Below, piece after piece: positions 12,237 to 25,200 of a stretch of 64,000 nt of DNA (position 1 is the stretch's first letter; each line of letters begins with the position of its first letter). The position numbers and the translations under genes were made by a program. The notes below the pieces were generated by a model that searched no databases, was not told where the DNA came from, and worked only from the letters and a program-made list of their open reading frames with translations. Where the stretch lies: assembly GCA_013265495.1 (NCBI GenBank), contig MU058065.1:6758302-6822301 (forward strand), in the 5' to 3' direction. Origin of the DNA: Vicugna vicugna (Eukaryota).

Positions 12237-13493
12237 GATGAGTTGTCTTAGTGTTCACTGAGAAAAGGAGACTGTGACTTATGAGAACTGAAAGCTCATT
12301 TTTAATTCTGGCTCTAGAATGGCCCTGGACACAATGATCATCACCCTACATAAGAGCTCATCCTTGAGAAAATGTATCTACCCATAACCAAACTACAGAA
12401 AAATGCTTGAGGATGTAAAATTCAGGTCATTTCTTCTGTGTTCTAATCTCCAAATCTCAAGCTTTCCCAATCCATGCATTCCTATGTCAGCAGACAGGTG
12501 ATATGAGGAATCACTGTCTCAACCCAGATCTGTAAGAATAGAACCAGATTTTCCAGCAGTGCCAGTAAAACTGGATGATCCAAATTCTGAGTGATAGCAG
12601 AAAGATGGAACCAGGGGCCTTCCAAGGTCTCGAGTTTTATGAGCACTGAAAACATGTTATATACTGCCTTTTGGTCTACAATGCTCATCTACTGCTCTTC
12701 AGATATGACCTCTTCTATAATGCCATCTCCAAAAGCCTCGGGGCAGCTGGCTGCTCTCCCATGTCTTTTACAAACCTCTACTGTAATACTTTACTATTCA
12801 TTAATGCATCTAGCTTTCCTACCAGGTTGTGAGTTTCTCAAGCCAAGGATCCTGCTTTTATTCATCTCTGTGTCTAGTCCTTTGCCCTTCAAAGAGGCTG
12901 TCTAGCACGTGGCTTGCAGAAAGAAAGCACTTCTCCCCTGGCCGACTCAGCATTGTCACACTCTGAAGGAAGCAGCAAGGACTATGTTTCCATCTGCAGG
13001 TAGGGAGAATGCACAGTGATCAGCAAGCCCTTGGTTAATGGGCAGCAAAGGAAGACTAACACCTGAGGAGGTCTAATGCCCAGTCTGGGTCCTGCCTGTT
13101 TCACCACCCTGCCTGCTAAGCTCACTCACTGTTTGGCATCTAAAGGTTGGTGGGAAATAAATTAACATCATGGATTAGGTTAGCTCCCCTTTGAATTTTG
13201 TTCCCCAAAAGAAAAATATCTGGAGAGGAAGAGAAGAAGCCAGGATCATTCAAAACGGAAATTCTTTAGTCCCAGTGAAGAAAACAGAACAGATAACTGT
13301 CTGCCAGCATTTTCTTGTGTTTAGTAAGCTTCTTTAAGGCTCCAGTTCACTGGTACAAGTGGCATTCACAACCACATGGGGTATTTGTAAACCTATGGTG
13401 ATTTGGCAGCATTTCATCAGTTCTGTATACATGGAAAGTGGTACATTTCAGACTTGGTTAACAATATATATACATATATTTTACCTTAAAAAA

Positions 13494-13525
13494 ATTTTTT
13501 TTAACTTTTAGGGGAGGTAATTAGG

Positions 13526-13566
<41 letters not shown>

Positions 13567-13647
13567 TTTTAGAGGAGGTCCTGGGGATTGAACCCAGGAT
13601 CTCGTGCATGCTGAGCATGCGCTCTGCCACTTGAGCTATACCCTCCC
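13494..13647 (-). mobile_element. tRNA-derived SINE (camelid Vic-1-like), long form with internal microsatellite
   Basis: Reverse complement reads gggagggtatagctcaagtggcagagcgcatgctcagcatgcacgagatcctgggttcaatccccaggacctcc...(TAGA)10...cctaattacctcccc, then an A-rich tail. Confidence 0.88.
13526..13565. repeat. (TCTA)10 tetranucleotide microsatellite
   Basis: Ten perfect TCTA units, counted directly. Confidence 0.95.
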
Positions 13648-13869
13648 AGCCTAACAATACAGTTCTGATTTTGGGGTTATCGTTTAGGCAATCTCACTCC
13701 CATCTTTGTTTCTCCTTGTTTTTCTCTCTTATATAGTACTTGAATGCCAACTAACCAACCAACCCAGCAGCTCTCCATTTTCCTAAATGTCTTCTTTTTC
13801 CTCCCTCCAGCTAGGATATCTTTTGAGCATCACAATACTATTTCTCTCTTCCGTCAAAGCACAACTTAC

Positions 13870-14660
13870 CATAGGAAGTTCAGAATAAAGCCAAATATAT
13901 ACAGAAATTTAGTATATGATAAAAGAACATCTCAAATTAGTAGTGTAAAATGGGCTTATAAATAATTGCTACTAGGATCAACAGGTAGCCACTTAGAAAA
14001 AAAAAAGGATCCATCTTTCATACCGGGTACCAAGAGAAATCCACATAGATAATAAGATCTATGTGTAAAATATGAAACTATTAAAAAAAATCCAGGAAAA
14101 TAATACAGGTAAATTTATTCTTAACCTTGCAATAGGGAAAGAGTTTCTAACTATGACTCAAAATCTAGAAGATGTAAGAGATGGATCAATTTAACCATGT
14201 GAAAATAAACTTCTACATGGGGAAAAAACAAAACAACAAAAAACAATCCATAAAATCTAATGACTAACTGGAAAAAATATTTGCAACTCTATCACAGACA
14301 ACAGGCTAATCTTCCTAGTATATAAAGAAATCGAGAAGATCAATAACCCAATGGAAAAATGGGTAGAGGACATAAAGAGACATCTCATAGGAAAAGAAAA
14401 CAAACAGCCTTCAACGTAAAAAAAGGTGTTTTGACCTCGCTCATAAGAGAAAGCAGATACCATTTTCAACCAGTCAGATTGGCAGAACTCCAAAAGTTTA
14501 ATAACACTTTGGGAAAATGAATACTCTTATGCATTGGAGGTGGGAGAGAAAAATGGCACAACCTCTATGGAGGAGAGTTTGGCAATATCTAATCAAAATT
14601 ACTGAACTTGACCCAGTGTTCCCAGTTCAGGAAAACATCCTTCAGATATAACCACACATG
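13870..14660 (+). mobile_element. Degenerate L1M (L1ME-like) ORF2 3'/3' UTR fragment
   Basis: L1-like phrases 'agaaataaagccaaatatatacagaaatttagtatatgataaa', 'aaaaaatatttgcaac', 'aatggaaaaatgggtagaggacataaagagaca', 'acaacctctatggaggagagtttggcaatatct'. No long ORF. Confidence 0.8.
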
Positions 14661-16786
14661 TATACAGGTAGCAAGGGTCCTCAAAATAACATCTTCACAA
14701 TTGCCTAAGCAGCAGATAGCTTTTGTCTTGTCCTTGAACAAGTTCTCTTAAGTTACTGGACTGACTTTAAGATCCAAATATGAAAAAAAATTCTAGTTCA
14801 CCACGCTAGTCTCCAAAAGGGTAATCACTGTTCCTATCACTTTTCACAGAATGAGCACGGAAATGATGACACTGACCAGATTTTCTCTAGTGCTCAGCTT
14901 GTATGCCTACAAAGATAACACCCAAAGCCAAGCACCAGAACATCCATGTGAGCAGGGAATGGAAACTCTCTGACTCTTCCTTAAAGGCAGTAGGCATACC
15001 TCAGAGTCTGTCTGCCCAGTAACAAAAGCAGGGATAGTGTTCTGACCAGGTTGGAGGTGCACGCTGTCACGGGAGAACAAAGACCCACACCAGGCAGACT
15101 AGTGACCATGAGGAACTTCCAACATCATCCCCCGGTCACACTATTCTGTGCCAGGCAACCACTGTTCTCCTCTCTCCTAAAAATTTAAAGTAACTAGGCC
15201 CAGGAAAATGCTCAGATGATTTATTTTGGAGGGAAAAACAAACAAAATAAGTCCAGGTTCTAAGGTCACTTCAAATAAATTACCCTAGTCTTTGAGTATG
15301 GAAAGAGAGGCAGGGGAGATGGCATTCACACAGTGCCAGGCCTGTCACTCACTGGAGACACTGTCAGTGCAAAAATGCAGACACTTTGTTTTCCCTTTTA
15401 GGTAAGTGCCCCACCACCTGAACTTTGAGGGAGAGCTTAAATTCACATGCAAAAAAGAACATACAAAATTCTTCCAAGGAACAAACTGCCAGTACACTCC
15501 CCAAGATAAGATCTGTTTAAACTATAAAAATAAGTTAAGATGCTGCCTGGAATAAAATGGAACAAGACTGGTAAAAAACCAGCCAAATCTAAATATATAC
15601 TTCATTGCTTTTAAAATTAGCCCGTCAGTTTGGATTTAGCTCAATTTCTGGGCTACTGCATCAAATTCCCCTGTCAATTCTGTATAAAAACATATGAAAT
15701 GCCTGTCTGAAGCTTACATTTAGGACCCAAACATACATATCCATATATCTGTGCGCACGCACGCACGTGCACACACACACTCTCTCACTTTTTCATAAGT
15801 TTAGTACTCACAAACGCTGTGACGATATTCTAATTTTTCTGCACAGAGGCTACAAAATTAGAGTCACTCATTAAATAGCCTAAACATAAAAAGCCACTAC
15901 AGATGGATCAAACTGAGAATATCACTTTTGAAGATTTTCCTAGCCACTTAGAATGGCTACACACAATGTATCCTCACTATATTAAGCACAACTATCTTTC
16001 AACTCTATATGGCAAAAAAGATGCTGCCCCAGACAAGGAACAGAATGAATGTACAAAGTTTTTTGAAAATCTAACCACTGTACTAGATTTCGAATGCTGA
16101 CCCATCTCAGAAGAAACCAGTCAGGATACCACTTCACCAATGAGCTTTCATGTCCTAAAGCCAGCAACTGGTTAGCAGACTGCATGACAAAGCCACAATG
16201 GATGTATTATGTCAGACTTGAGTCCAACTGCACCAGAAATCCAATTACAAAACGTCTTGCTAAACTCCATTCCTCTTCTTAGTAGATGAGCTTCTTTCAA
16301 GGGAGGCACTCCATGGTAACTTCGGTCAAACTCAGGCCCGTTCTCTTCACTGTCAGTTCCACAAGTCTACCCTATTGATGCATTACCTACTACTCAAGAA
16401 TATTCCTTAGATTCCAATCTGAAAAGACTTTAGGACTAAACCAAGCCAAGGACAGACCTTGCTAGAAACTCCAGGAAACACAAGAGGGTAGAAAATATTA
16501 CCAAATTTTAAATCAAAGGCCCCATGGCAGGAAGGATGCTTAATGTTCAGTCATTTTGTTAGTATGTTTAATACTCAATTAACCCTCTAGTTCAGTCCTG
16601 CAAAAGGCTAAATCCACTAAGAAAAAAAAAATTCAGTGAGTTTAATGAGGGCTGTTTAATTAAATCTGCAACAAATTTCAGCATCAACATAGCAGCCAGT
16701 TCTTTTTCTATGTTTATGATGTGCTTTGGCACCAAGGTATAAAACATCATGCCATGGTTTCCCCCACCAAGATGTCTGCTCCATAC

Positions 16787-16880
16787 CTGCATGAACACCT
16801 TTCCAATGACCACATCGTCGTCATCCTTAAATACTGTGCTGAAGACTACTGTAACTCTGTCCTTTTTAGACTCAACATAC
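16787..16880 (-). CDS. ARPC2: ARPC2 coding exon: [31 protein letters not shown]
   Basis: 94 nt, CAG acceptor, GTATGG donor. Confidence 0.97.
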
Positions 16881-17501
16881 CTGAGAGGAACAAAATCCAC
16901 GAGATTAAGTATAGAATCAGAACAGAGTTTTGTCAAGAACTTGATCTACAAGTGAAGTAGGAGGGTAGTCATAAATGTCCTAATTCATAAAACAAGGGGT
17001 GCCAGTGAGGCTAAGTATTTATGGCCAATAGAGTCGGTATAATAAATGCATGTCCTACGAGGCAGGAGATGAAAATCACCCAAAGTCGATGTTACTGACT
17101 ATGTGGTATTACATGGAATCTAGAGTTACTGATTCTCAGAATTTCACTTAAAAATATATATTTCTTTATACACTATGAGACTCACAGTATGCAGATGATC
17201 CAAGAGCTGCAACAACACAGAACCTATAGTCACCCTCTGCTTCCTGATTATCTGGGCTACACTACTGAAGGGGCCTCAAAATGGTGGTGACTTAAAGGAA
17301 AGCACTCTTCATCTTTTGCCAACTTTCAGTATCTGGGAAGTAGGAGAAATGCCCCCCCCATCTACATCCTGCCTTAAAGAATTTTATGAGACACTTCAGG
17401 AGGATTCACACAATACAGTTAAGGTCTGACTGAGCCAAATGTCTTTGGGTAAGCATGTGTGACAGCCATACCCAGGCTTCATGAACAAATTCAATACTCA
17501 C

Positions 17502-17688
17502 ATGGTCTCATCATCCCTATAATGGATAACTGCCCTGTTCTCTCCTTCCTTGCCCTCTTCTTGGAATTGGAAGTACTTCTCAAAGACAGAGGCAAAACAA
17601 TTTCGTTTCAACATGCCAGCCTGATGCACAATGGAATCCTTGGATGTAGGCAGATTTTCAAGGTCGTACAGCAAAGAGACATTGTATC
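17502..17688 (-). CDS. ARPC2: ARPC2 coding exon: [25 protein letters not shown]...HYRDDETM
   Basis: 187 nt, CAG acceptor after a pyrimidine tract, GTGAGT donor. Confidence 0.97.
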
Positions 17689-18269
17689 CTGGAGGGGAAG
17701 AGAAAAACACCCAGCAGTTATAATAAAAGAAACTTTTCAGGTTCTAATGACATTTTATTTTGTCTCAGTGTCTGTACTTTTAACTCAGGTAGAATGCTGT
17801 CCCTTCCTATCTACCTCATAGGGCAAATGAGGTGAAATAAAATCTTAATTATTGTAAAATTACTGTAAATGTGTATAGCTAATTAACAAATGCTATGCAA
17901 AAATTTGAATCAATTATCAAAGATGACTGATTCACAAATAAGGAATGGGATGAAGTCATAATTCTGGAACTTTGATTAGAAATTTAGTGTTCCAGACAGT
18001 TGTGAAGGGGTGAGGGCTGAATATGTTATCAAGCTATATATAATATGAGTTACATATTTTTCTCTGATGGTTTAACAGGCCAAGTGCCAAAATGGTCAGT
18101 AGCTGGGTAGCTTTTTGATAATAAAATATACCCACTTACATGCCATAGCAAACCCTGAGGATGGAGGCAGGGTATGGAAAAACCTAAAAAAGGAAAAACC
18201 TAAAAAGGAAAAAAAAATGTGTATATGTATCTCCCCAATAGCTTTTATTTATGTACACTGTAAAATTTT

Positions 18270-18670
18270 CAGTGTTTTAAAATATTTTATTCTATTTGAT
18301 CCCTGTAAGAATTCTTTGGAGGAGGCATGCCAGATACGGTTATTCTCATTTTAGAGGGAAAAAGAGGTTCAAAGAAGCAAAATGCCATGCCAAATGCAGC
18401 ATGACATAGAGGTGGAAGCAACTCTCTTTTGAACTGATGAAATTGGGTCCAAATCCTAGCCTTGCCACTTGTGACCTGGCCAAACTGCTTAACCTCTACA
18501 ATTCCTGCATCTGTTAAAAAAAAGAGGTGGTGAGTTGGGGAAGGCTATTGGGAGAATTAAAAGAACATAGAGTATTTATAGTGCCTGGAACATATTGGGT
18601 CATCCATCAATAAATTGGGCAGAACAGGGACTGAAATCCAAGCCTGTTGACCGCTACATTATTCTGCCTC
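18270..18670. mobile_element. MIR fragments in both orientations (probably nested)
   Basis: Sense MIR 'tgggtccaaatcctagccttgccacttgtgacctggccaaactgcttaacctct...catctgttaaa' lies between antisense pieces 'attctcattttagagggaaaaagaggttcaaaga' and 'cagaacagggactgaaatccaagcct'. Confidence 0.65.
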
Positions 18671-20592
18671 TTTATAGCGTATCAAGTACAAATTCCGACA
18701 AGGCTGGGACACTTTATTATACAATGAAGTGATTAATACCTGTCCAAAGGCCTATAGATGATTTTGCAAGAATATCTGTACATCACCAAGGATCATTTCA
18801 TATTTTAGATAACTGATGGATAATTTTACCAGAACTGCATGGATTTCACATTTCTGAGTATCTAAGACCTTTGTACTTTGTTATTATTTAATTTCTTCTC
18901 AAGAGCATTCCTGAGGTCTGTTTTTTGTTGAATCTAACCCCATGAGAGCATCAGCTATGTAAATCTCTGTTCTAGATAATGCTTAGCACATTTTTGGCAC
19001 TCCAATATTAAATAATATCAATCACCATCCCATTTTGGGTACCTGAAAACCAGATAAGCAAATAGACCACAAGATTAGATTTAAAAAGAAAATATTTAAA
19101 GTTGAGGTTTGCTGGTTTTAAGAAGCCAAAAAAAACAAACTAAATACGGTAACTGAACTCAAGCTTAAATAAGGCTTCTGACATGATGAAGAAAATATAC
19201 TGAGGATGAAAAAAAGTAAAAATCTAATATGGACTGCTGAGTTTTCCAAACTTGCCTAGATAAACCAACAGAAAAAGAGGAAGAGAGATGATACTTTCAC
19301 ATGTTTTTATACTTTGCACTTGTGTGAACACACGGTCTGCAATCTGGCAGTGTGTGCTTTAGCACAGGAAGTGGACAAGAAGGCCCAGAGACAGACGCAT
19401 GAGTTCTCTGGGTTGTATTCTGGTTGTTCTGCTAGATTTTAAGATCTGAGCAGTGACAAACATGCCCAAACAGTCTATATGCTTTTTCTGTTCTAGTTCT
19501 GTTTTTTTTTTAAATTTCTTTCCAAAATTCCTTGATTCCTCTTAAAGCCTACAGTGGTACTGATCTTTTGGTTTTTATTTCTGAGATACATTTGTACTAT
19601 CATTTGGGGATTAACACATTTTAGTATTCTTTATGGAGCGCAGTCAAAGCTCTCATCCACAAATATTCCTACTTATAAGTAACATTCCAAAGGTACTTTT
19701 TAAAATTCGACCATTTTGTTTCCAGAGAAGGATATAAAAGTCACAGAAAGGTATTCTAATGGGAGTGGTGAGGTGTTATCATGTTGTTAGGAGGGGGAAA
19801 AAAAAAGAAATTGCTGTTAAAAGAAAGCCAGAGATACATTTTCCTTTCTAGAACGACTTGTTGATCAAAGGTACCACAATGAGAGGATTTGAGTAACAAG
19901 TATTATGTTCAGTCTTACTAGCTGGTCCTCAGTATGGGGCCTAGCTAAATGCCTCAGAATTTGAAACTACCACTTAATCAAAGCGATGAAAATACTGTTC
20001 AGTTTTTTTCTACTTTAAACTGCCTTTAAAGTAGTGTAACAAAGCTGTTCTAATCAGGGATGGCCACGATGTTTTCCAACTCCTCTGGCCATGAAGGAGG
20101 CAGAGATTGTTGATTAGAAGAACAGATTACAGAAGGAGCTGAAATTTTTGTTATTTGAAAATGTGAAAATAGTTGTGAATATTCCTTTTCATTCTTTAAA
20201 TGTGAGGTGTACAGACAAAGGTGTTACTAGGGCCTTGGAGTAAGAAACAATGTTTTCTTAGTCTTCTCAAAAGGAATTTTAATCACCACAAGCAAACAAT
20301 AGTGGCCCTCTGGCTGAAACATATAAGGAAGTGTCATCTGGCCCTATCCAGAAAATGTTAAAAATGACATAACATCAATTCTGTACACCACATTGTGTAA
20401 CATTATTGGACAATACAAAGCCCCTTAAAAGCTACTTTTTTATGGAGAGAGTTAAAGTGGGAACTGGACTCGTGAAGAAATGTTTGTAAAGTGAATAATA
20501 TTAAAATGAAATCCTTTGGCTAAAAAAAGCACAGTACAAACAGGACAGGTCTCTTTCCATGTTATTCCACAGTCACTCACATTACTACATAC

Positions 20593-20638
20593 CTGATTCT
20601 GGATTTACCAAGAAACTCCCGTACACCCTCTTTAATAA
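20593..20638 (-). CDS. ARPC2: ARPC2 coding exon: LLKRVYGSFLVNPES
   Basis: 46 nt, read manually; TAG acceptor, GTATGT donor; keeps the frame with its neighbours. Confidence 0.96.
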
Positions 20639-23600
20639 CTAGGAAATACAAAAACAAATATGTTAAATCAAAGGCCATAACTTCATCATTTTTAAAGTTC
20701 TGTGCTTGCCAAACATTTCCTAAGCCAGATTTCTTCCTAACTTCCAAATGGTAAGTGGGAACTGGATATAAAAGGGAAGCAGATTTATCTGTGTTACCAA
20801 GCAAGTCACTCACAGAACTGAGATTAAATCCAAACAGTCAGTCTAGGATCTGTTTTTCAATCGAGGTTCATCCTTTACTCCTTTAGGACTTGGTCACACC
20901 CTTTATATGGGTCTCTGTTCCTCCAGATCATACAATGCACATAATCACCTTTTCTCCCCCAGGACAGCAGAAGGACACCAAACTCAAATGAGAACAGATT
21001 ATGTTAGTTATCAACTAAGCACAGGCCAAACCACTGACACAGGTGAATGAAGAGATAAAACCAGAATTGACAGGAACTGACTCTACTTAGTCTGCTTATC
21101 TTGTATGCTTTAAAATTATTTAGCTCATCACTGGCTTTTTTAAAGGCAAAGGACAATGGATAATTGAATCTTAGCCAGTTATTTATTCTGGTGGGTCCAT
21201 AGAAGGCTGTCCTCTATAAAGTCTTTTTCTCAAAATCAGTTCTTACGATACTTCCCAGCTTTTTGGAATAAATGGTAAAACATTTTACACCTTCCTATTT
21301 CTTCTCTGCCAGTGTGGCTATTCCGCCTGGTAGAAGCTGCTCCTAGGCTGACATGGCTTAAGAAACAAACTTTTTATTTTGGAAGGATGGTTCTGACTTA
21401 AATTTATAAAGGACACATTAAGCAGTAGAAAGGCAGTTATTTGGAGACAGGGAAAAAAACATTAAAGACATTAGAATTTAATAACCTCTTGGTATTTAGA
21501 AGTCTTTATATATTTAAGAGGCAAAACATAGACAGGGCTTATTACTAACTCATTAAAACTTTAGACTTAGAGAGGGACGATGTCATCACTATACCACAGG
21601 AAGATGGAACTGAGGCCAATATACTAACCCACAGTAGCATAACAGGCTGTGGGGTTTTGTCTCTAGGCAGCCAATTTCTAACACTATGTCACCACAAACA
21701 CACTGATAATCCTCTTGCATTTTCTGGGATACCAATAAAAGGGGGGTACTTAATCTATGACTAGTTACCAAATTAAAAGTGAACAAAATTACAAACTTCT
21801 GTTTTAATTATAAGAGCTGCATGCATGTCTTAAAGAGAAGCACCGTGAACACAGGCAGCACTAGGGTGGAGCTCCATGCAAGCAGGGCCTCTGTCTTGCT
21901 GTGGTCTCGGTGCCCATCTCCTGCATACAGACTCAGATAATGATCTGAGTGAATGTCAGTGCTTTTCTTCTAATTGTATTTTCAATGTACTCCCTAGGTA
22001 TTTAAAACAAAAACAAAAAACAAACCAGGAGCAAACCATTTATTTCATATCTCATTTGAAAAATTATCAGATGGTGAGGTTCTTTCCCCTATTCTTAAAT
22101 ATTTAATATTTCCCCACATTTAACCATTTTCCTATAGCTGGGAAAAATTCTCAACCTGAGAAACTTGGATAATAGGGTGGACCTCAAAGCATGAATTAGT
22201 GATGACACTTGTTTGAAAAAAGGCAAAAGATAAGTAATGTCACATGAAGTTCCTACTTAGTGACCATCCAGACACTGTGAGATTTCTCTTTTACAGAAGA
22301 GGAACTGAAGAAAGAGGTTCAAGGTCATAGAGTATGTTGGTGGCACAGAGAGATTTGACCTTCAAGTGTCCCATATACCACTTCTATAAAGTTTAGGGGT
22401 AAAGAAGTAATATGCATACCCCATTAAGAATTTTAACTACACAGGAGAATAATAAATACAATAAAAATGAAAAAGAAAAATTTTAACTAGCATACTACCT
22501 CTGAGCTGTACTGTGTGTGCTTGGAGGAAGGGAAAATCAGATGTGGAAGAAACCACAGCCTCTAAGATTTAGTTTAATTCCAAGTTACTAAGTTAATATT
22601 CTGAGATCTAAGAGGTTCTTAGAGCCAAATTTATACCATGTTCAACTCCGCTGCTCCCAACTCTTGGCAAAACCAGCCAACGCTTCCCTGTTTACTTCAC
22701 TTGCACTTTTAACTATGATTCACTTTTCAACCTGCGCCTCTCTCTTCCCACCTGACACCAGGAGATCAGATCTTTCCACCTCAGGAGCAGGGGCTTTCTG
22801 TTTTGAAAAAGGGCCTGTGACAAAGTAACAAGCTTCCTGTGGTTATCACAGGCTGGTCACTGTTTAATCAACCCAGGGAGCCACTTTACTATGCACTCTG
22901 CTCCAATGCTGTGAATGTTAAGTACTCCACCCACCTGAGTGGGTGGGGTGGGTTCTTTGACCCTTGTGGTAGCTACAAGAATAGCAATGTGTTCTGCAGT
23001 TCTATTGTAAAGAAAGCACAGACTGGAAAGGAGATTTAAGAAATCTAGCTTAACACTTTCTCTCCCTTCCAAGGATTGTTCTTATTGCACCTACATCTTT
23101 AAAGAGAGAGAACTGTCCAGGGAGAATGATTACACAATTTTTTAGCTGTCTGTGCAAATGTTCAACAAGTCTTTCCAGGCAGTTGTCTTATAGTTAATCT
23201 AATGCAGGGCCATCTTAACAGCTACTTGTTTCCTCTTGCTCTTCATCTGATAAAGAGAAGACTTGGTCAGTATCATTTACATAATAATCTTTCAAAAGCT
23301 TTCAAAGACTAGGTCTTTCTCCTGAAGCTCTTCTTTTTCAGGTAAAATAACCCTGAATATAAATTCTCTAAACCATTCCTCTTCCTTTGAATTTATGAGG
23401 CATGTCAGAAAAAGTTTTAGCTCTTCCTTGAATTTATGAGGAAAATCAACTGCATATGAAAAAGTAAGGGAAGCAACTGCCTATGACTCCTGGTATTCTG
23501 CTTGGTTAACATCAATTTTAGTTTTTAATACCAAAAAAGTATTGAAATTGGGATCATATGCTTTTGCAAACAGCCTTTTCATTATATAAATTTTAAATAA

Positions 23601-24445
23601 TTCAAAAGCTACTATTCTTAATCAGAAAAAAAAAAACTAGAAATGGCTGTAATTTCATTCACCAGATCAAGAAAAACCTACTTTGTTAAAATGAAAAGAT
23701 ATTTGAAAACTGATTCAGGAACTGAGTCATACTTCCTGCTTTGAGACCCAACCACAATGTGCGCACACTGGTGTAATAGCATTTTCTTTCTTCCATAAAT
23801 GGCTCTCCCCAGAGCAAATACAGTTCAACAGGAACCAAACCTGCTACTTTAGCTACTGAAAGAAGCTACTGAATAAAGCATGGCCACCAAGAGTTTCATA
23901 ATGCATGGACACCTTCTCTTATCTCCCCTAAAGCAGTCATAAGGAAGAAGAGATACTTAAAGAGGCCAGCTCTAAAGAACATTAAATTAAAAAATGTGAA
24001 GGGCAGATTTGTGCCTAGATTTCCAGAATGAGAAATTAAGATTATAAACTTTGAACAGACCAAAAGTTATATACCTACTAACAATGTCATAGAAACAGAA
24101 CACAAACCATCTCAGTCTTGTGATAGCTGTTTTTGTACTGGTCAAGGAAAACTATTGTTACATTTTTTGAGAACTAAAGCTGTTTTTGTTTTCATTGGTT
24201 AGAGAACATCTTTATTTCTCTAGAGTAAGAAGAAAACAAAGAACCAAAACCTTTTCTGGGAAACATCCTTCTTTACACAACTATGGAAAGTGAAGTCAAG
24301 AGCCCCTGGTTAGGTGAGCAAGCTATCCTGAGTGGCCAGTGCCAGGGGGGGTGACTTAGTGCCATGGATCTTCTAGGAGTGGCGAGCTACCAAGAAAAGG
24401 TGAGGAGGAAACAAGAGTCCCCAGGAAAAGTGATGTGGAACTTAC

Positions 24446-24558
24446 CTCATCAGCACCATGTGCCTGAAGTTCCTTGTAGAATTTCAAAGAAATACTGACC
24501 ATTACTTTTGTTTTGTCTCCATTAGGATTTGAAATATGATAGAGGACTCCATCAAAAT
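24446..24558 (-). CDS. ARPC2: ARPC2 coding exon: [38 protein letters not shown]
   Basis: 113 nt, CAG acceptor, GTAAGT donor. Confidence 0.97.
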
Positions 24559-24811
24559 CTGCAAGGAAAGCAAATAAGACTGCTTGACTTGGGAATAGGA
24601 AATAATATTTCAAAGTGCCTGCCTACCTGCCTACCTGCAAGTCACAAGTCTGCCTTACAAGCAGGTATATAAGTAAAATAGCATTTATTTTAAATCTATA
24701 TGGAAAGTCAGCAGAAAGACTGAGACTAAGATAGAACTGTCTAGTACTTATTTCTTTGTTCTTTTCCAAAATTACAAAGCTATTTTTACTTTAATCACTA
24801 AAAAACCCCAC

Positions 24812-25200
24812 ACTTTTATTGTGATGTATTTTAAACATGTATAAAATATGATGTATAATGAACCCATACTCTCATCATGGCTTCAAAAATTATTAACATA
24901 TGGCCAATCTTGTTTCATTAGACACACTCCTTCCCAGCGATTTGTCCTGAAGTAAATCCCACATATCACATCACTTTATCCAGAAATATTTCAGAATGTA
25001 TCTCTATAGGAGGTAAAGAAGATACCTTTTTAAAAAACATAACCCTAAAATTATTGTCATGCCTAAGTTTTTAAAGAACAATTTCTTAATATCAAATATC
25101 CAATCAAGCATTTAAATATTGTCTCAAAAACTTTTTAAACTGCTGTTGTTTTATTTGAATTAAGATCCAAACAAGGCCCACACACTGCATTTGGTTCTCT
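24812..25200 (-). mobile_element. L1MC-like 3' end fragment
   Basis: Antisense phrases 'tataatgaacccatact', 'tggccaatcttgtttca', 'gaagtaaatcccacatatcacatcac', 'gatccaaacaaggcccacacactgcatttggtt'. Confidence 0.75.

Noticed and set aside
18176..18217. Short tandem duplications (also ~28397-28421 and ~53257-53283)
   Set aside because: Two-copy slippage products with no regular repeat-spacer structure; not CRISPR-like.
19200..20450. Repeat-poor intronic stretch as a possible hidden exon, snoRNA or conserved element
   Set aside because: I found no convincing splice pair, C/D or H/ACA box arrangement, or hairpin. A conservation track would be needed.
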